DNA of 64,000 nucleotides from a virus (Duplodnaviria; Caudoviricetes): IMG/VR virus record IMGVR_UViG_2795385840_000015, positions 39,363 to 103,362 of that record; one strand, 5' to 3'. Shown piece by piece: positions 57,926 to 64,000 of this stretch (position 1 is its first letter; each line of letters starts with the position of its first letter). The notes under the pieces were generated by a model. It saw only the letters and a program-made list of their open reading frames with translations, ran no database searches and was not told where the DNA came from. The position numbers and the translations under genes were made by a program.

Positions 57926-59173
57926 GTGGGCGGCGAAACCGGCAGTCGGGGCGCACCGCATCGGCTGATGACGGTGATCAACTGCCGTACGCGACCTGCT
58001 TCCAGCGAATCTTCGGGCGTCCACTACGGCCGACGCATACCTAGGCGGCTCCATCTCAGATCGGTTTCGTTGGCGGCCGTGACAGCGGTTGCTGGGCTTG
58101 CGTTATCTAGCGCAAGTGCAGCTGGAGCAGACCCCAATCAGCCTGGGCCTCCTGCTCCGGCTCCGCCGCCGTTGGCGGTGCCGCAGCCCGATAATTTGCC
58201 GCGTGCGGTGAGTATTGGTGGGGCACAGGCTAAAACGAATGTGCCGCAAGGGATGGGGCCAGGAACAGGGCGACCTCTTGCGGAGGCGCGCCAGCGTGGT
58301 GTGGTGGCAGTTCCGCCAATCGCTACCGACGGAGTACATGCCGCGACCGCGTGGCCAGGCAAGCAAGTCGTCATCCATCTACCCAACGAACGAGCCTTGA
58401 CGGCTGCTAATTGGGGTGAGGGCGGTGCGGCCTCTTATGGTTCGGGTCCGGTGGATTATGTGGTGATCCCCGATGCCGGCGGCGGCGCGGATATTCGCAT
58501 GATTCGCAAGACCTTCATCTCGCCGAGTGACTTCACGGTGGGGATCCGGTATCCCGAGGGCACTCATCTGCGCCAAGCCGCGCAAGCGGTGGTAGTTGAG
58601 ACCGATGCAGCCCCCGGACATTCGGCAGCGATTATCGGGGCGCTGAGCATCCCTGATGCAAAAGACGGTGCCGGCAACCCGATCCCGGTCACACCGTCGG
58701 TCGGGGGAAGTTATCTGTATCAGCAATCGGACGTGAATCTGAACGTCGGCGATATCGGATTGCTCAATTTTCCCGTCACCATCACCGTGGCCTACCGGCC
58801 ATCCACCAGCGTTCCGGCGGTCGCTCAAGGCGATCCCGCACCTAAAGCACCAGCGGGCAGTGCTGCCGGGCGGTGTGTGTCTGGGCCGCCACAATTCGTC
58901 GGCGGTGGGGACGACGGAACCCCTGGCGGGGCTGCTGATTTCGCGCCGTCGTGTGCCCGGCTGACTGCGTGCATGAGCGCTGCCCCCGCTCGCACCAGCG
59001 CCCTAACGTGTGAGAACACGTTCATGGCCGACCTGACGAATGCCTGCGTGGCCGCGTTCGGCCAGGACGGCGACAACTACGAGGGCTGCCTGGCCAGCGC
59101 CAACGGGCATGTGCGGTGGGCCAAAGAAAACATGACTCCCGGCCCGCCCGCCGCAGCGGCCGGAGGCACCTGA
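57926..59173 (+). CDS. Secreted protein with Cys-rich PLA2-like C-terminus (start uncertain)
   Basis: Signal-like LAAVTAVAGLALSSASA; DFAPSCARLTAC..CENTFMADLTNAC..C. Confidence 0.65.
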   Translation: MGGETGSRGAPHRLMTVINCRTRPASSESSGVHYGRRIPRRLHLRSVSLAAVTAVAGLALSSASAAGADPNQPGPPAPAPPPLAVPQPDNLPRAVSIGGAQAKTNVPQGMGPGTGRPLAEARQRGVVAVPPIATDGVHAATAWPGKQVVIHLPNERALTAANWGEGGAASYGSGPVDYVVIPDAGGGADIRMIRKTFISPSDFTVGIRYPEGTHLRQAAQAVVVETDAAPGHSAAIIGALSIPDAKDGAGNPIPVTPSVGGSYLYQQSDVNLNVGDIGLLNFPVTITVAYRPSTSVPAVAQGDPAPKAPAGSAAGRCVSGPPQFVGGGDDGTPGGAADFAPSCARLTACMSAAPARTSALTCENTFMADLTNACVAAFGQDGDNYEGCLASANGHVRWAKENMTPGPPAAAAGGT

Positions 59174-59244
59174 CGTACCCGCCGCAACATGCAGCACCAC
59201 AACACCTTTCACACAAACAAGCACTCCGGGAACAGGACTAGCAG

Positions 59245-61614
59245 ATGAGTGATGATGCGACCACCGAACCCCTGCCCACGGCCGCGGACTCCGCTAGGCC
59301 CCCGAGCATGCAGTTGACCGGGTTCGCCGCTGGCGTCACCGGGGCAGCCCTACTCGTGGCCGGGGTATGGGGCCTGCATGTGCTCGCGCCCGCAGGTGGT
59401 GCGGCTGGGACAGTGGGCTGGGTGATCCTGCTGTGCCTCGCGTTTACAGCCCTGGGTAAAGGCATCACCCTGCTACGCCGCGCCCTGGCACCGCTCACCG
59501 CCGCAGCCTTGGCGCCACTAGCTCCCATCTCCGCTCCCATGCGCGCCACCGCAGGCATCGCCATGGGCGCTGCCGGTATCTGGTGGGTGATGCGCGGCCA
59601 TGCCGCCACCTGGTGGGCGCACACCACCGGCACCGGCGCCGTGACCGATACGGCGATCGGCTGGACGCTGACCTCACAACTGGTGGCTGTCGCGTTCATG
59701 GTCATGTTCGGGGCGCTGCTATTCAGCGGCGCGAAGACCCTCGCGGCCGCGATCTTCGCCAACTCGGGCACACGAAACCGCAACGACAACCAGCAGAACC
59801 CCAACCAGCAGTGGTGGGCGCTGTGGTGGTCCAGCCACCCGGGTCTTGGTTTGACCCTGCTCGCCGGCGCCGCGGCACTGGTATTCCTATCCGGGTACGT
59901 GGTCCCGCACGTTTCGAAGTGGCTGACAGGTGATGATCCGATGGCCGCCCTGGCGGCCATCACCGCCATTTTGGTCGTGGCCTTCGCCGCCAATACCTGG
60001 TGGTGGAAAGCACTATCGGGATGGTGGCAGTGGGCCCAAACCCACGGCGGCGGCGGTGGTGGGGCCAGCCCGCTGGGACAAATGCAGGCCGGTACCGCCG
60101 TAGTCGCCCTCATCTGGTTTAGCGCCATGGGATTCGGGCTCGCCACCCCCTCCGACTACACCGGACCCGGCGCTATACCGCTGGCCCATGCCCAATGCCC
60201 ACCAGACTGCGGCGGCGGAGACAACGGTGGCGGCTCATACGGCCCCAACGCCTCTCAATTCCAGCCACCCCAAATGCCCGCCCAACAACCCGACTACCAA
60301 GGCGGCATCAACCAGCCGCCACTAGACCAAAACTCCGGAATCTCCATCTACAACCAAAACTCCGCCCAAGGCGGGCAAAGCGCTCCTCAACAGGCCGGCC
60401 AGAACATCGGCCAACAGACCGGCCAACGCGCCGCTCACGGCCAGCCGCTACCCAACTACGGACCCTGGCAACCCGACGCACAACCCCCAGTCCAAGCACC
60501 CGTACAACAAGCACCTGCGCAACAACCCGTACAGCAGGCTCCCCAAGCGCCGCAGCAGCCCGCACAGGCGCCTCAGAACCCTGTCGGGCAACAGCCTGCG
60601 GGGCAAACGCCCCAACAGCCCGGCGCACAACAACCTCAGGGACAGCCCGGACAACAACCGGCACAACAGAGCCCGACGCAGTCCGGACAAACGCAGCCTG
60701 GTCAGCAGAGCCAGCCGGGCCAGCAGAACGAGCCAAAGCAGAACCCGGTTGACCAGCAACAACAACAGATTCAACGTCAACAGGAACAGCTGCAGGAGAA
60801 ACAGAAACAAGCTGACGAGCTTCGTAAGAAGCTTCAGGATCAGCTGGACCAAGACAGCGATAGTTCTGACGACGATGATGACGCTGACAACGATCCGACG
60901 ACGTCAGCGGTTGCTGCCACTCAGCGTCGGAAGTCGCTCCTCGACAAAGGCAAAGAGATGGTCGACAAGCAAGTCGAGCGTGCCCCGAAGTATGCGATTC
61001 AAGGCGCCTCGGCCGGAGTTAACGCGCTGCTGAAACGAAATCTCAATGTCAGTCAGGCCGCTCTGTCCGAATCGCAGCGTCTGGTGAAGGCATCGTCGAA
61101 TGTCATCAACGATTCGATACGGGCAGGAAGCCGCGTAACGACTGCGGACCCTGCAATTGGTGCGGCTATGAACACGATCCGCAGCGAAACACCGAAGATC
61201 CCTGGTCTGGTTTCCAAGGTCGGGAACCTCAGCACGGTCACCAAGGTTCTTGGCAAGGGCACAGGTCCTGCCCTGGCACCTTTGGCGGCGTACTACGACA
61301 TCAAAGACGGCATGGCACCAGGCAAAGCGATTGCCGCCAACGCCGCCAGCGTCGGTGCCGGGCTTCTCGCCGGAGCTGCCATGGCAGCTCTAGCACCCGC
61401 GGCGCCGGCAGTAGCCGTAGTGGTCGTGGGCGCTGCCGCAGGAGTGGCCGCATACCAAGGCGTAAAGTGGGCCTACGGCAAACTGCCAGAAGGAGCACAG
61501 CAGGCAATTGATAGCGGGCTGCGTGCCACAGGCGAAGCTGCGAAAGAAGCAGGAAAATCCGTTGTGAATGGCGCGAAATCGCTATGGAGCGGCGCTAAGA
61601 GCTTGTTCAGCTAA
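59245..61614 (+). CDS. Multi-TM protein with Gln/Pro stalk, coiled coil and hydrophobic C-terminal hairpin
   Basis: About 7-8 TMs; AHA-QCPPDC; Q/P repeats; AGLLAGAAMAALAPAAPAVAVVVVGAAAG. Confidence 0.8.
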   Translation: MSDDATTEPLPTAADSARPPSMQLTGFAAGVTGAALLVAGVWGLHVLAPAGGAAGTVGWVILLCLAFTALGKGITLLRRALAPLTAAALAPLAPISAPMRATAGIAMGAAGIWWVMRGHAATWWAHTTGTGAVTDTAIGWTLTSQLVAVAFMVMFGALLFSGAKTLAAAIFANSGTRNRNDNQQNPNQQWWALWWSSHPGLGLTLLAGAAALVFLSGYVVPHVSKWLTGDDPMAALAAITAILVVAFAANTWWWKALSGWWQWAQTHGGGGGGASPLGQMQAGTAVVALIWFSAMGFGLATPSDYTGPGAIPLAHAQCPPDCGGGDNGGGSYGPNASQFQPPQMPAQQPDYQGGINQPPLDQNSGISIYNQNSAQGGQSAPQQAGQNIGQQTGQRAAHGQPLPNYGPWQPDAQPPVQAPVQQAPAQQPVQQAPQAPQQPAQAPQNPVGQQPAGQTPQQPGAQQPQGQPGQQPAQQSPTQSGQTQPGQQSQPGQQNEPKQNPVDQQQQQIQRQQEQLQEKQKQADELRKKLQDQLDQDSDSSDDDDDADNDPTTSAVAATQRRKSLLDKGKEMVDKQVERAPKYAIQGASAGVNALLKRNLNVSQAALSESQRLVKASSNVINDSIRAGSRVTTADPAIGAAMNTIRSETPKIPGLVSKVGNLSTVTKVLGKGTGPALAPLAAYYDIKDGMAPGKAIAANAASVGAGLLAGAAMAALAPAAPAVAVVVVGAAAGVAAYQGVKWAYGKLPEGAQQAIDSGLRATGEAAKEAGKSVVNGAKSLWSGAKSLFS

Positions 61615-61637
61615 ACATAAGTTGAAAAGGCGTAGAT

Positions 61638-61883
61638 ATGGACAAGAGCGAAAAATCAGGGCAAGGGTCACGTCAGCCGTTTACTGCCGAGCAGATACGC
61701 AAGGCCGCAGCACCTCAATCAGTGCCCTACACGCCAAACTCAGACAAGTCACACATACCCTGGTGGCAGCGGCTCCTTAAAGGGGCTGCATGGATAACCT
61801 GGTTCGTTGGCCCCGCTGCACCGCCACCATCGACGTTGGAAGACATGCATAACCAGAAGAGGAAGCGGACGGGTCCCCGATGA
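61638..61883 (+). CDS. Small protein with amphipathic/TM segment
   Basis: AAGG RBS; PWWQRLLKGAAWITWFV. Confidence 0.6.
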   Translation: MDKSEKSGQGSRQPFTAEQIRKAAAPQSVPYTPNSDKSHIPWWQRLLKGAAWITWFVGPAAPPPSTLEDMHNQKRKRTGPR

Positions 61884-62140
61884 ACCTGTATACGTCATTA
61901 TTGCTGCTTGCGTTGGGCACAATTCTGTTTATCTGGTCGACACTTCTATTGCCCACACACCTGGGCAAGGGGCTCGCCTTGCAAGTAGCGGGAATATCGG
62001 CCATATCCTCCGGCCTGTTTTTCCTGACGGATTCTGAATACCTGCGATACGCGATAGGCATTTCCTTCGCCATCATTCTGCTGAGGGCAATGGTATCTGC
62101 ATGTGAACAGTATGTAGGGGTCGTTCGGCAACATCAATGA
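61880..62140 (+). CDS. Small three-TM protein, possible immunity protein
   Basis: Three hydrophobic segments; ATGA coupling. Confidence 0.65.
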   Translation: MNLYTSLLLLALGTILFIWSTLLLPTHLGKGLALQVAGISAISSGLFFLTDSEYLRYAIGISFAIILLRAMVSACEQYVGVVRQHQ

Positions 62141-62515
62141 CTCGGTGGCTGGTGTGGCGGGTGGTGCGCTGGTCGGTGGGCGAGTTCAAGGTGGCGTTGT
62201 AATCCGGGATCGCAGGGGGAATATCAGAACCCTGGGCGGACCGCGCGCAACAACCGCCGCAGCAGGATGTCGGACAGCAACCTGAGCAGCCCAGCGGAAG
62301 AGCGATGACCTTGCCCGTCAGCTGCAACAAAAGAAGCAGAACAAGCAGTGGCCGCCCCGATTCCCTCCGAAGGATGATCGGCAGGATCGGGATAAGCAGT
62401 CCGGTGACAACGATCTGACAGCGTTGCTGTTGGGTGCGTCCTCAACACGACTGCGTAAGCGGGACGGGCAGCAGCAGGGGCCGACCGGCCGCGTAGCCGT
62501 TCAGGGCCACCAGCC

Positions 62516-64000
62516 TTAGTCCTGGCGGCCGTGCTCCGGGTCCCACGTATTGGGCACCATCGGCGCCCGCGCTCCCTCGAACAAGTCGTCGTCGCGACTT
62601 AGCGTCGCCAACCCTGATGCCGTTGCGCCCGTTTTGATTACGGTCCCGGCGAATCCCATGGGGCCGGCTCCGCGGTGCGAGGCGGTGGGGTCAGGAGCAG
62701 GCCCCTCGCACCGCGCAGTGGCATCCATATCCATGTACTCGATGCCGCGACCCTGTTGCTTGCTCTTGTCTCGCCGTCGTCGTGCCTGACGGGCCGCTGC
62801 GGTTTCCGCGGTGGCGGCCTGCTCTCGCGCCGAGGACCGCGCTGCCGCACTGGTTGCCCTACGTACTTGAGCCGCCAGCGCCAACCCGGTGCCGAGACGC
62901 GGCCCGCCACCGACGGCATACGGGAAGGAGAATCCCGGGTCGCCGACGGGCGGCGGCGATGGCGGAGCGGGCACGGTGCCGGGTGCGGTGGGTGCGGGGG
63001 CGCTTGCAGGTGCTGCCGGGGCGGGGGCCGAGGCGGGCGGGCTGGGTGCCGGAGCCGTGCCGGCGGACGCAGCCATGGGAGGATCTTCGACGGAACCCGG
63101 TTCCACGGCAAGGATTTCCGGTGACGGCTGGATTCCGGCCAGGCCCGCGAACCCGGCCGCCCAACCCAGGTTGGCGATCGCCAGAGCCAACGCCGGCTGA
63201 ATCAGTGCCGGTGCGAACTGGCCGATTGTCGACGCCAATTGGGCCGCGTGGAATGCCACATCTGCCAAGACCATTGGCAGGTTGGTGAGCAGCGCGGCGG
63301 GATCGGTGAGCAGGTTGTTGAGCAGCAACTCGAAATGCTCGACCATCTCTCCGGCCACATGCACCCACCATTCCGGGTCGGTCGGGTCCAGATCTCCGTG
63401 CCCATGGTCGTCATCGTGACCGTGCTCATGGTCGTGATCGTCGTGTCCGTGATCATGATCGTGCAGGATCGACGGCGGTGGTGTTGAGGGAGGGGCGGAC
63501 GCCAACGCCACCTCGGAGGCCGTTTGGTAGGTCGCCATCGTGGTGGCGGCCTGCACCCACATGCGGACATAGTCCGCCTCGGTGGCGAGGATGGGAATTG
63601 TGTTGATTCCGAAGAAGTTTGTTGCCACCAGTGCCGCGTGTGTGGCGTGATTGGCGGCAAGCTCGGCAAGAGTGGGCATCACGGCCAGCGCGGTGCTGTA
63701 GGCGCTGGCGGCGGCTCCATGCTGGACTGCCCGGGCGTTGCTCTCGAGGGCTCCCTGGTTCAGCCATTCCAGGTATGGAGTGTGTGCTGCCACATACGTT
63801 TCCGCGCTTGGGCCGTGCCATGCACTCGCGTGGGTGGCGGCCAGAATTGCCCGGAGTTCTTGGGCAGTTGCGCTGTAGTGCGCGCCTAACGACGACCATT
63901 CGGCGGCCGCCGCGAGCAGGGGGCCGGGGCCCGGACCACTGCTGAGCAGGGCTGAATGCACCTCAGGCGGCGACGCCATCCACACCGGAGCAGCCAACAT
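62516..64000 (-). CDS. PPE family protein (PPE-PPW) with His/Asp-rich linker
   Basis: [33 protein letters not shown]; C-term [17 protein letters not shown]. Confidence 0.95.
   Translation of the reverse strand: MLAAPVWMASPPEVHSALLSSGPGPGPLLAAAAEWSSLGAHYSATAQELRAILAATHASAWHGPSAETYVAAHTPYLEWLNQGALESNARAVQHGAAASAYSTALAVMPTLAELAANHATHAALVATNFFGINTIPILATEADYVRMWVQAATTMATYQTASEVALASAPPSTPPPSILHDHDHGHDDHDHEHGHDDDHGHGDLDPTDPEWWVHVAGEMVEHFELLLNNLLTDPAALLTNLPMVLADVAFHAAQLASTIGQFAPALIQPALALAIANLGWAAGFAGLAGIQPSPEILAVEPGSVEDPPMAASAGTAPAPSPPASAPAPAAPASAPAPTAPGTVPAPPSPPPVGDPGFSFPYAVGGGPRLGTGLALAAQVRRATSAAARSSAREQAATAETAAARQARRRRDKSKQQGRGIEYMDMDATARCEGPAPDPTASHRGAGPMGFAGTVIKTGATASGLATLSRDDDLFEGARAPMVPNTWDPEHGRQD

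Noticed and set aside
62140-62500. Short minus-strand ORFs between the 3-TM gene and the PPE
   Set aside because: No recognisable motif or RBS; may be a remnant but cannot be supported

Overview
Mycobacterial chromosome segment, most consistent with the M. abscessus/chelonae group, centred on the tRNA-Lys(-)/Glu/Asp/Phe(+) cluster, which acts here as a stacked integration hotspot. (1) 1-~35324 is the right-hand part of a temperate siphovirus prophage: leftward early genes, probable packaging origin, a terminase large subunit split into ATPase and nuclease ORFs, head/tail genes, lysis cassette, then a leftward accessory block (WXG100-like protein, polymorphic GH-E/HNH toxin, two immunity candidates, two membrane proteins, nucleotidyltransferase, Lsr2). 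It ends at only the 5' 44 nt of tRNA-Lys(UUU). (2) 35710-45490 is a 9.7 kb integrative element bounded by a 46-bp tRNA-Phe 3' direct repeat, with Int, Xis, FtsK, an SSB-like protein and HUH Rep (AICE-like), and defence-like cargo: a PD-(D/E)XK nuclease, a DUF4747-like + 4TM + coiled-coil operon, and a HEPN-RHH protein. (3) ~45880-56260 is a visibly GC-richer island of about 14 mostly translationally coupled membrane genes from three paralogue families in two convergent operons, followed by relics of a second Rep and a HEPN-like gene. (4) 57900-62140 holds a secreted protein with a degenerate PLA2-like tip and a large multi-TM, Gln/Pro-stalk protein with a pore-former-like C-terminus followed by two small genes. 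(5) A His-rich PPE-PPW gene closes the window. Family assignments come from motif recognition by eye, not database searches.
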